Source: Orbicella franksi (Eukaryota). From it: a stretch of DNA of 64,000 bases. Location: positions 28,582,001-28,646,000 of the forward strand of contig OZ116705.1 in NCBI GenBank assembly GCA_964199315.1, in the 5' to 3' direction. Under the pieces are notes generated by a model, which was not told the origin of the DNA, did no database searches, and worked only from the letters and a program-made list of their open reading frames with translations. The translations under genes and the position numbers were made by a program. Within the stretch, counting starts at the first letter, position 1. The number at the start of each line of letters is the position of its first letter. This document shows, one piece after another, positions 11,890 through 23,259 of this stretch.

Positions 11890-14800
11890 ACCACTTTAAC
11901 TTTTTTGGACTATAGGAAGGGCTTTATATTACTTTTGTAGATTAGCAATACTTTTTTCGGTAAGAAGGATACAATAAAATTCGTCATCATTAATTTTGTT
12001 TCGTTGTTACTAGTCGTCAGCTACTGCCGACTTGTTTTGCTTTTTATTCCTCGGAAACCATTAGTGATCCAACTAAACCAATCTAAATTTGGCAGCCCTA
12101 AAATATAAAGTCACGGGCGGACATCGTACGAAATTATAGACTGTTTGGTCTGCTGGATTTTCCAAACAAAGTGTTTTAAAATGATACAGCTATAAACTTG
12201 ATAGAGGAATATATGTCAAATAATGAGATAACATTAGGGTAACTTTTCAATTTCAAAGAAAGCTGTGAGTCCAGGTTCCTCTTCAAGCTACTCCTCGTCA
12301 CATGTTGTGCTTCAGTTACGTTTACTTCATAAGTAAATCGAAGAAACGCCAACGCGATGAAATCAAACGCTCTTTGGACAAATTTACATCAAGCCGGGAA
12401 AAAGAAGGAGAGTATTTGAATATGAAAAGACCTTAAAACAGACAAGCCACAGTGACATCGACGACGACTCCTCGGAACATTTTTAATCTAGAGAGTCTCT
12501 AGAATCTTGCTCAGTTGCGAGAAGAAATTAAACCGAATTTGATTACATAACATGCTGCGATTTATAGTACGTTTTGATGGGATGGTGTAAAAATATTATA
12601 TTCATTTCATGGTCTAGCTAGCACTGTTTTTTAGCATCTTTTCTGTGTATAAACTAATCGTGTCGCGACTATGTAAAGTTATAATGTTAACAAATGAAAA
12701 AAAAAAAACGATGATAAAGCAATGGGTAGTAGATACTAGCCAGAAGCGAAATCTTTGAATGAACAGGATTTCTTTCTGTCGCAAAGAAAAGAGCAACAAG
12801 ACAAAGAACAATATGAACATGGCGTAGTTTAGAGACCAAAATAAAAGGAAAATATCTGTGAGGAAGAGAATGAGAGCCTTTTTTTCCCCACCCGCCGAAG
12901 GGCATTTAAATTCACCTAAAATGTATACTGTGGTTTGTATCATTTTCCTGCTATCAAAATTTAGTTTCTACACCGAAAAATCCACTTTCCCCCTGTAATC
13001 TTTCTAATTAAAATATGACAACTTTTCTTGCCTTTTTGTTGGTTTTCCTAACCTCTCAGCCAATCACATAGCCCCCAACAACGGCACGTGCATTTGACGT
13101 GCCTCTTTCGTCTGACAAGGGTAACCACGTTCGTCTGTGATTGGTTTAGCATTGAGAAAGCCAACAAAGAGATGCAAAGACAAAGCTACTTTGCGTTAAA
13201 ACAAATTCAACAGCAAATACTCTAAAATTTCATCGTTGCACGAAATATATAATAGCCTACTTATGATTCTACAACAGGTACTGTCGTATTGTTAATCGCT
13301 GTTGTTATACCAAGCAAGAAATATTAAATCTCCTAACTATTTCCGTACATTTCTTTTAATTTTAGATTTGAAAATTTAGCGTTACATCAAGATGGGCTCC
13401 CTTAGATGATGATTTTGTGTATTTCTATCACCTATCTACTTGATAATGTATTAAGATCGGGAGAAACTAGACGTTAAAAACACGCTTTTCGTTAAAAATT
13501 GTTTAATTATCTTTTATTTATTTAGTTCTCGAAGTGTGTTGACAACCTAACAATACATACAAGCATTTTCAATGGACAAACAGAGTGCGTTCACAACAAT
13601 TGTAAATGAAAAACACCACATACGTCCATTTTAGAGATTTTTAATTTGTTTCTGCGACGCCTATTGTAAAGTAGAGAATGCCTCCGCACGCAACATTAAA
13701 CGCCCACTTTTCAAGCTACAAACAATAAGTGTTGTGTCCGACGTTGGATAATCAGCAAAGTTTAGCAACAAAAACATATTGAAATATTGAGCTGCTTTCG
13801 TTTACTAAGTGCATGAAATTGAGTGAAACGTAACATCTAACTTGTACGTTCAATGCTTTCGGAACAAAGTCGATCAACGAGTCATGTCAGTCGAGTTGAT
13901 TTCGTATATATGTGATCGGGTTTGGAGTTTCTTCCGAAATCCAGTATTGCTAGCTATAGCGAACAAGACCGAAATTAATTAAGACGCCAACGATCTACTA
14001 AGGAGTGATGGTGAAAAGCATTTATCAAACAATGAAAAAAACGCAGATTTTCACTTAATACATTTCTTTGGTCATGTACGGTGGATTAAGACAACGTGTG
14101 ACCGCTTTATCCCCCTTTATGGAAAGTTACAGATCTTTACTTGTTTTTACTGACTGAAGAAAACCGTTTCACATATGCAAATGAGCTGATTAGTTGAAGT
14201 TTTGTTTCCTGGGCAGCTTTTTGTGAGAATTTTCAATTAATTAGCCAGTCACGTGACACATCAACGAGATCGTGCGAAGAGCACGGAAGTTAAAACTAGA
14301 GCCAGGCTCTGCGCTGAGGGATTTTTTTCTTGAAAAAAGGTTTTTTTAACTTAGTTATTTCTGTATTAATCAGATTGAAATTCAAATCAGCTTACGTCTG
14401 TTTTGTAACAGAATCTCCCTTGCAAGGTACTTTATTAAAATGATAAAAAGGCATACAGCATAACAAAAGTATCAATTCAGTTAAATGGACCTAAGAAATA
14501 CATTTTGAAAATGAGGTCTGGTTAGATTCAAATATCGTTTTGATGTTTTCGCTTCAGCTTGAGTAACAAATAAACCAATGATGTCTTTTGTTTGTTTCCT
14601 TAAGAGTGCTCTAAACGCATGTTAAAAGGTCCAATTTGTGTCACAATAAAAATGCGGCACATTTTACCAAGTTAAAGGACTCAAAATAATAGAAAACCAT
14701 GATTGCTTCAAAGTAGGCTTTCTGTTATTTTGACTGTTAAAATTGTTGTAATATTGTGGTAAGTTTCCCGCACTTTTCAGAGTTTTCCCCACATTTTTAG

Positions 14801-16719
14801 CTTCCAAAACAAACAGTGTTTCCCTGTTTCGTTTTTCGGTCTTCGGATTTGGAAGTTTTTTTTTCTCGAGTTTAACCTGCAGTTTAAATAAAACTGTAAA
14901 CCCCTTGGAGCTGTTTATTAATCAAATGAGAATTAACTCATAACGGACTCACAAAAAGAACAATGAAATCTATTTATTTAGCCTTGTATCTCATTATCCA
15001 TGCAGATATATGCTTTTTTTTGAGAACACAACTCCTTTTTTTGAGAAAGCACATATTTTTAAAAAAACCTAGCTACCATTAAAAGGCAGTTTGGGTTTTT
15101 AACTTTATCAGATGTTTTCAATGGACGCCCCTTGTGTGAGACATGATTGCATGTTTTGCATGAATAATCTGTGAATCTTCCAGCTCCCATCACCTGAAAA
15201 GGTGTCACATTCATACTCCTTACTTTGGACCTTATCTTTCGCTTTCCATGTGGCCCATTGTTTTCGTGTAGTTTTCACATAATCGCCAGATGGCAGCTAA
15301 TAAAATTAGCTTCTCGCAAACCACAACAATATTCTGTATTCACGCCAACAGGATCGAAACCTACTCGAACTTCAACCCTGTTAGGTTGAAGGCAGGGCCG
15401 GCGGAGCCTCTTTAGGCCTTCCTCGACCTGTTCCAGTTGATTTCATTCTTTTTTTTAGAGTAAATCGTTAATTTCCAAGCCTTTAAAGCACACAATACTT
15501 CGCCAGCCAAGAATCATTGATATGGTAAAACACACACGTAGGTGACATGTTCAGCGTTTGTGTGATCCTTGAACACATCAGGTACGAATAAAGACCTGAC
15601 AACTCGCACAACTCTTGAATAAGGCCAACGTGTATGGCGTAGGAAATCATTAGTCTCTCGCCAATGAGCCGCTAATTAGAGACTAAAGTCTGTAATCACT
15701 CACACAGCCTAGATGTGCCGTCACAGCATTGTATGAAGTTTCTATAATCAATTAAGCCAGGTGGAGGCTGACAAATGTTACTGGGGAAGCCTCCTGGACT
15801 TGCAGTTACCTTTGTCCCACCTTAAAAGCATCCTGTACACAAGCATTGTGAACTAACTGCTGGACAAGGTCACGGGAAAGCCCTTTTTGGCCAAGTTTTA
15901 AACCGCAAAAAAATACGAAAAAAACACTCGCCTCCTATTGCTATATAAATGGAACCCAAGGCTTTCGCGCATGCGCATAATACACCATTTCTCGTCGATG
16001 TGTTTACACTTTTATAGAAAGAAGATTTGCCAGCTCTGTCAAAATTGAGATAAAACATCCCGAACGTGTCTCTGTCTCTATCTTCTCTTCACGCATCAGA
16101 CATGGAGTCTCCGGCCTGTCTTAAGTTTTAAAACATGCAAATTTAACAATCAAGGGTTATTTTACAAAACTAGACGAAATAGCCAGTCCTCTCGCGAGTA
16201 TAGGATTTCTAATAATCGCTGCAAATCGCATCATTTTTGAGAGAGTACATGTCAAAAAAACATGTTGTAAATGTGACACTCGATGATTTCGTCTTGGGGA
16301 GGCGCTATGGAGAGTCAAATGTAGCTAATTTTCGCTTTGTGGCTCGGCTTGTTAGCAAAACTCCATTTTCTAAAGACCCTTTGCATCTTTGTTATCTAAC
16401 GTGGAGACTTAATCACTGGCAGTACACGTGGTTTTTTACAAGAATTTTTATTGTGAATGCCATTATGTTCCCTGATTTACTTGTCTTCAAAGTCGCAAAA
16501 TGAAGGGTTTGAATTTTTTTTTTTTTTTTACCTGAGGCGTGCCTAACGCTAACCATTGTTTACCGATGATCCCATTCTTTACCACGTGCGATCAGCTAAT
16601 CGCACAAAACTAGCTCAGCATTTACAAGTAAACACCACAACCCAGCAAGTCCCCCGAGCTCAAGAACACCCTAACATCACAAACGCACAATTATTTGCGC
16701 CTCGCTTAACCACCAACAG

Positions 16720-16986
16720 GTAAGAGGGCGGTTAAGTTGTTAAATTTTTAAACTTTAAAACAAAAATGCTAACAGGTAGTAAAGCGGTGAAGGTTTATTA
16801 TGACAAGTACCTTTTTGACCACTTAAGGCTCGCTAGAAACTGTTTTATGTGTTTTCGCTGAGATTCACTTTCGTGTCAGAAGTTCATGAGATCGTCAATG
16901 CATTTTCGTTAAGCTATCTCCTTCGCAGCTCGTCCAAGTGTTTTTGTTTATTTATCACAAGTATCTGTCATGTTGTCTTCTTGTAG
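16720..16986 (+). other. Putative 5'UTR intron of the bHLH gene
   Basis: Donor CAG|GTAAGA at 16720 and a pyrimidine-rich acceptor TGTCTTCTTGTAG ending at 16986, 23 nt before the ATG. An in-frame TGA at 16992 makes the upstream exon non-coding. Confidence 0.4.
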
Positions 16987-17009
16987 GTCTTTGACAGTTT
17001 GTTTCGGCT

Positions 17010-17507
17010 ATGAGCACCCAGGGATCAAGAAGGGGTCATTTTCAAACGCAGTCGCAAGCAAAAAAATTCGGCTCCACGACTTCAAAGGGTTTTATCAAGC
17101 CGGCAGGACCAAAGGTTACAAACACGAAATCGTTCAATGTGGATATGGAGGAGACGAGCTCGGAACTGTTGAGCAACAGCACAGAAAATGACACAAGAGG
17201 GCAAAAATGGACGAAAAATACCAGCGGCTGGCAAACACAGGGTAGAACTCGACCGACTGGTGTTAGAACAACGCGACAAATCAGGCGGAACGAGAGGGAA
17301 CGAGGAAGGAAGGCTAGACTGAATGCAGCTTTTCAAGTTTTACGTTCGGTCGTTCCAAGCAATGTGAACTCTTCCGGAGGAGTCAGTGAGAGAAAGATGA
17401 CTCAAGTTGAAATCCTACGGCTAGCGAAAAACTATATTTCAAATCTTACCGAGCTACTCAAGGAGGATCATGATAATAAGTACGCTCTTGGAACTTTCAA
17501 TGCTTAA
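17010..17507 (+). CDS. Group A bHLH transcription factor, divergent achaete-scute-like (165 aa, single coding exon)
   Basis: The ORF contains RRNERERGRKARLNAAFQVLRSVVP-loop-ERKMTQVEILRLAKNYISNLTELL. RRNERER and KMxxVExLRxA resemble ASC-family basic/helix motifs. Confidence 0.88.
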   Translation: MSTQGSRRGHFQTQSQAKKFGSTTSKGFIKPAGPKVTNTKSFNVDMEETSSELLSNSTENDTRGQKWTKNTSGWQTQGRTRPTGVRTTRQIRRNERERGRKARLNAAFQVLRSVVPSNVNSSGGVSERKMTQVEILRLAKNYISNLTELLKEDHDNKYALGTFNA

Positions 17508-20047
17508 ATGCTTTCATTGTCATCGAATGGGACTCTCTCGTGACATGGTAATTTCGGGGTTTTTACATTGACATGGATACACCAATGATAGCCAGTGTTT
17601 GAAGGTCTCGAAAACACAACAAACGGGCAAAGATCTTCATGATTTGTTTTAGAATTTGTCACATGAAGCTTGGAATAGCGCGCTTAGGACATTTTGATGT
17701 TTATTCCCTCGAGATCTAATTTGCATGTCGCTTCGCTCAGTTGTATCTTTTTGTAAAAAGTGACAATAGGTTAACATCGTTAAGAGTGATTTCGCAAAAG
17801 AGGTGTGTGAGATGTTTCACGGACCAGTGAGATTTCACGGTATTAGAGCCGCTAACCATCATTTAGCAAACTGAGTTCGCACTGGAGTGTTAAACATGGG
17901 CTGTTTGCAAAACGCTCTATGTTGATGTGAAATGGCAACGAGCCGCTACAAAAGATTGTGTTGGCTGTATAATCAATAAAATGTAAACATACACCAACAA
18001 AGATGAAGTCGTCCACAATAGTGGTAAAGGACTTAATGCAATGGACTTTTGTTTCATTCAGCTCAAGTAAAATTACCTTTTAAAACGGGAGAAACAAAAT
18101 GCCATAACCTGTAGCTACGAGAAGAGGTTTTCGTGTCGGCCAGCCGTTTGTTACACCTTCGCTGCTTTTATGCATGGTTAAAAAATGATTTATAATACCC
18201 AACATTTAGACAAAGGATCATAAAAATAGGGTATGACCCAATGGCAACATGTTCTCAATTTTGTTTTTTGAAAGTTATGGCTTTGCATGTTAAGTATTCT
18301 TTGATGATCGATGGCTGTTTAAAATGACAAATGCGATCTAAAATTTCTCCCATTGACGTCACTGAAGAAGAAGTTTTAACACCGCAGCGGGGCAAACTCG
18401 TTGAGAAGTTTTCACTGTTTGAAGATTTCGCCACACAAGCTTTTAACAGAAAAAACAGCGGGATGTATGGAATAAACACAAAATGGGATAATGGTTAAAT
18501 GTTGAATGCAATTGACAGATCAATCTATGAATCGTATAAAACTGCGTTGTTTTTTTTTTTAAAAATCAATTGTCTAGAACCAAATGTCTTTCAGTCATTC
18601 AGTTCATCTTATAATTAATTAACACTTTCATTAGTTCTACGCTCGAAATATCAAGTAGGGTAACAATGTATTTCTTTAACGTTTCTTCTAAGGATTTAAT
18701 AGTGCACTGGGGGAACAATATCTTCTAGTTTCTAATTTTATTATTTTGTCACCTGTGTTCTTGACAAGGTCAGACAGTGTTAGATCGAGACTACTCTAAC
18801 TACGCTGAAAAACAAGTTAATGAAACTCAGGTAACGGAGAAACCATTTGACTTTTTATTCTCAACAACATTCGAAGGAAATTTTGTCATTTTTTTTATCA
18901 TTTACTAAACGCAATCCTCGGTGCAAAAATTCAGCCAATGAGATGATGATAATACTGGCCAATCAGATGCGAGCCAAAGCAAATATTTTGACCGCCATGC
19001 GACTTTTTCCCGCGCTTATTTGGCGCCGGTTACAGAATTGGCTTGTGTTAGCGCCGTGTGGTTATCAAGTGTTGAACACAATACGATAACGTTATTTATA
19101 AAATTTAAAGTGATGCTTTAAAGTGATTAAGTGATACCTGGAGTTTAAAAACGCAATGATAAGAGGTATTAAAACTTTCTAAAGTGGAAAGTTGGATGAG
19201 CGCGTGAAAGAATCGTTATTCTAGTTTCCTGGTTTTTATTTTAGTAGTCGCTAGAAATCCCTTGTACACCACGAGGAATGTCGAAAAAAGCAGAGACTTT
19301 TTGTTACAAATTCAATAGCAAGTCGAAGCTTTGTGAAATTAAAGTTCTTCTACTGGTACCATCTCCAGTAATTTATTTCCCGAGTAACGTAGATTTCCAA
19401 AAGTAACGCCAGCCCACGCGAAATTAGTAGCGGCCTTTTGTAGATTACCACTCGACTACAATAAAAAACCGCACTACACTTGAAATAACGTTTCAAGCAG
19501 TACTATAGGTTAATATAAAACGCGATCATTACTTTCGCACTTCAGTACCAACATTTAGGGCCTTTGTTTGTTTGTTTGTACAGTCTGCTTTGCTTATGCG
19601 AGGTAGTTAGTAACATATATAAATGGAACTGCTAGCTTCATGTTAGCCATGTTACGCGTCCCCTTAGCTTGAAACGACCATGAATTACCGTGCAAACGTT
19701 TTTTAACCATCCGAAAGTAACAGCTACCCGAAAGCAGCGGCCCCTTTTGCCTGCTTAATCCGAAAGTAACAGCCCTCGTTACTACGGTGCAGCATTGACT
19801 GCGTTTACGCGAAAATTTTTCACCGCGGCGAAGGGTCTCTGGTAGTACCAGTCTAAAGCAAGCGAGAATAGTGCTTCCCGATTCTATGGAATTCATACTA
19901 AAATAAAGTTACCGAAGAAAAATAAAAATATCAAACTAATGCGAGCTTTTGGAGCCGTCAAGGCGCCTTTCTCAAGCGATAACGACTTCAAATGTCATTG
20001 ACTTGGTCTCTGATGACCGAAGTCGGGTGACAAAATGTCTCGTTATT

Positions 20048-20290
20048 GGGGCCGGTTTCTCGAAAGCTTCGTCGGAAACGTTTCGGGTCCGCAAAACCAT
20101 TTTTCAGAATTTTAATCTGTATCTAAAACAAAAAGGAGGTGTATAAGCCTGAAATTTCTTGTATGAATGGAACCTCTGTTTAGAGTAGGAATATGTGAAT
20201 AAAACAGCTCTGTAGTCATAAGGTTTGAGATTTTGCTGTGGCTTTCCAGGGGCGACTAAAAACATTTTGGGACCTTCGAGAAACGGGCCA
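20048..20290. mobile_element. PIF/Harbinger-like MITE
   Basis: Ends GGGGCCGGTTTCTCGAAAG / CTTCGAGAAACGGGCCA. Confidence 0.6.
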
Positions 20291-20595
20291 CAAGACCGGA
20301 AGTTTAATTGAAGGTTAGGGCCTGGCACTGGATTTCAATCGCCTCCCTTCTTCTTCTCCTAAATTTTACCTTGAACTGTTAAATGGTAGAGTAATCATTC
20401 GTGAAAGTGTGGTACTTTAAGAATCTGTTTTTAAGAAGCATTAAAACATGGCTCGAACTGATTTAAGTCCAAAATAAGTTAATGCAAAAGGAACGTTTCG
20501 TTGTGATTAACATAATTTAATAATTACTCTTCAATTAACACAAACTAAAATCGAATGGAAATAAAGAAAAACTAGGCAAATCAGTCTAATATAGT

Positions 20596-20815
20596 CCCGG
20601 GGGGGGGGGGGAAGACACTCCCTTATGTGGGCTATATGGGTATGTGCGGCCCCAAAGGCAGTATGGTTTTTCAGCCGTTTTGGTCATAAATAGGGTATCG
20701 AAGTTTTGGTCAAGTCATAAATAGGGTAGGGAAAATCGCAGATTTTAGTCATAAATAGGGTAAGGGTTTTGGGAAGGGGGCCGCACACCACCCAGTTTTT
20801 CTCTTAGTACGCTCC
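20596..20815. mobile_element. CCCGG-ended (EnSpm/CACTA-like) non-autonomous element; related fragment at about 59275-59395
   Basis: Starts CCCGGGGG and has subterminal direct repeats GTCATAAATAGGGTA (3x). The shared block GGGAAAATCGCAGATTTT..GTAAGGGTTTTGG..GGCCGCACAC occurs at 59275-59395, which ends in CCGGG. Confidence 0.55.
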
Positions 20816-21676
20816 TAGGAATAGAACTATAAGTTACACTCGCAATGAATTCATGCAGTTAGTTTTGTTTTCCCGAGAATCCCGAGAAACATGAGATTCG
20901 AGGGAAAGCTAACTGTTGTCCAATGCAAGGGACCAGTAACTAAGTGTTTTGCATAGCTTGAATGCTTGAGTTAAGTATAAAGTAACAAGGCAAGAAGAAA
21001 TCAAAGTCACCTCTGGTTAGTGACAGAGCGGGAGACACTTCGATATAGCCATTGCCACCTGATCATAAATCTACCAATAAGAGCGCGCATTAGAATCAAC
21101 TTAACTTCAGCTATTTAGCAAAAACCTTTATACCATGCCATAGAAAATACAGCCAATCAGAATACAGGAAAGCCGCTGTATAATCGACAGTATTACATCC
21201 GACCTTCGAATCTAGAACCATACGTATGTCTCATTGATTGCTGTATTTTCTATGGCATGGAATAAAATAGCTGAAAGGTTCGTGTGTACATCCGAGAAAA
21301 CACAAATGACTCGTGGAATATTCCATGACATACCACGAGAGAGTGTTGCATAATTCGTATTTATTGACTTTATTGTGTGCCAAATTTGTTTCCCTGAGTG
21401 TTACGGATTTTACAATATGCACCGCTAAAAAGGACAAGTTTCGTTCGACGAATTGCTTTGCAAAACTCTGCAAAAAGGAAGGCAGCTTGTTGTTTTGTGG
21501 AATTTTTTCCTTCGTGTTTGGCGGACAATTTCCAATCAAGTTAATTTCTACGAAGCAACCTTAAAAAAGAAAATGAAACCTTAACTTTGGCCAGTAGATT
21601 TACCGAGAATGGCTCGCATCAATTTTTCAGGAGAGTTTTAACGTTTTATGACCCACAAAGTGACCAGCTCCCGGTT

Positions 21677-21790
21677 GGCTTGATAGGTCAGTTGGTGGAG
21701 CACTGCACCGGTATCGCACAGGTCATGGGTTTGAATGTCGTTGAATCCTGAATAATTTTTTCAGGCTTATTTTTGCAACTGCCTAAGTTG
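21677..21790 (+). mobile_element. tRNA-derived SINE head / tRNA pseudogene
   Basis: GGCTTGATAGGTCAGTTGGTGGAGCAC (A-box-like) ... GGTTTGAATGTC (degenerate B-box), then an unrelated body. The stems are disrupted. Confidence 0.6.
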
Positions 21791-21809
21791 TGTACACCGA
21801 TAACTGCTA

Positions 21810-21840
<31 letters not shown>

Positions 21841-22113
21841 AAAGTTTCCACATCGAGTTTTCAATTTATTTTGCCCGCGAGTAAATGAAAGGATCAAATC
21901 AGGTATTGCACGTTTTCTAACAAGAATATCCCTAGTATGTAGAAAGCTTTGACTTATCAGAATGCCAAAGAGAATAGCTGCTCATAAAATTACTTCGTAC
22001 CAAGCGAGGATCAACCCTTGAGCGACTCTTGTCCATTGCCTAGTTCCTAGGTCTCGATACTTCTCCGCGGTCAATCCAGTTTGGGTCACGTGGTCCAGCC
22101 GTTCGTCTCAGGT

Positions 22114-22490
22114 AAGGCCCCGTTTACACTAAGCTGGAGAAATTTGAAAATGCAGCTTTATTTCTACGGTTAGGCCTACCGTCCACACTAATCTGTCACG
22201 AAAACGGAGCGTTTCGACTAAAACGGCTTTAAACGGGAGGAATTTGAAAACGCGGGCTTTGCGTTTAATGTGGACGGACAACATTTTGAAAACGGAGCTT
22301 TAAGAAAACGATGACGTCTCGATAATCACGTGATTTCCCTGTTTGAGTTTTCCTCAAACACAAATCCAAAATGACCGGTGATTGTTGCGTTTGCAAAATT
22401 CTCCGGCGTATTGTGCACGGAAAACATTTGATGCGTTTTCAGAGTGAAAACGCCGTTTTCAAATTTACGTAGTGCGTAACGGGCCTATAA
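22114..22490. mobile_element. Harbinger-like MITE family (GGCCCCGTCCACACTA ends), copy 1 of 4
   Basis: Core GGAG(A/G)AATTTGAAAA..GGTTAGGCCTACCGTCCACACTAATC..GAAAACGGAGC is shared with 33510-33826, 36940-37272 and 48249-48617. Confidence 0.75.
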
Positions 22491-23259
22491 GTCACCGAAA
22501 TAAATTGACCGCGAAGGCCCTCCAGAAACTAACCCGAAATCCGTAGGCGTTTGCCTCCGTTCGCTAAACCAATCAGATTGCTTACTTCTAGTTCGTTTTT
22601 CGTTAATTTGTATTTTTCGTTCATGTTATCATTTCAACGTCGAATAGTGTTAAAAGCTGCTCTCTTCATCCGCAGTCCAACACGCAAAATCATGATTGTA
22701 CACAGCAGTGGGTACAAAGTTTATTTACAATAGTTTACAGAAGGCTTGAATAGACTATGTTTGATGAAAATTCAAATTATTATAAAAACAGACCAGCTTT
22801 GCTTTTGCTGCAGTCATTCGTTCAAATGAACTGACAATGTCATAATGCACACAGCTTTGAACCAATCGCAACACGTGTGCAGCACTATCTTGGTATATGA
22901 CTTTCGTGCTCAAATTCTCGATGAGAAGAGGAACTTCAGTTTCACAGGATATGAAAGGTTTCGATATCTATTCTTGAATTTTTCTTTCAATTTTAAAATA
23001 ATGGATATGTAAAATGTTCATATACGTGGGATTTTCTCTGTGTAAGGAAAAACAAAAGTATCATAGATTTAATCATATGTTCAAAAACTTCCTCTTCCGC
23101 TAGCTTAACCATGTTTCTCTTTCGACGTACAGAATCTCGAACCAACCAGTTTCTTCTATTGTCATCCAAGTTCTACGTCCCATGCCCCTCAAGTAATCTC
23201 AATTCAACACGAGAGGGGTAAGGCAGTTTTTTTCTCCGTTGGCTTCTCCACTAAGGTTA

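Noticed and set aside
12260-12480. Coding-like purine-rich stretch (SKSKKRQRDEIKRSLDKF..)
   Set aside because: It is broken by stops, has no splice-consistent exon and matches no family I recognise; at most a decayed TE fragment.
19709-19773. 16-bp direct repeat ATCCGAAAGTAACAGC spaced 49 bp apart
   Set aside because: Most likely a subterminal repeat of a degraded transposon; there is no further structure.
21677-21750. Functional tRNA gene
   Set aside because: The B-box and T-stem are degenerate and a SINE-like body follows, so it was treated as a SINE or pseudogene.
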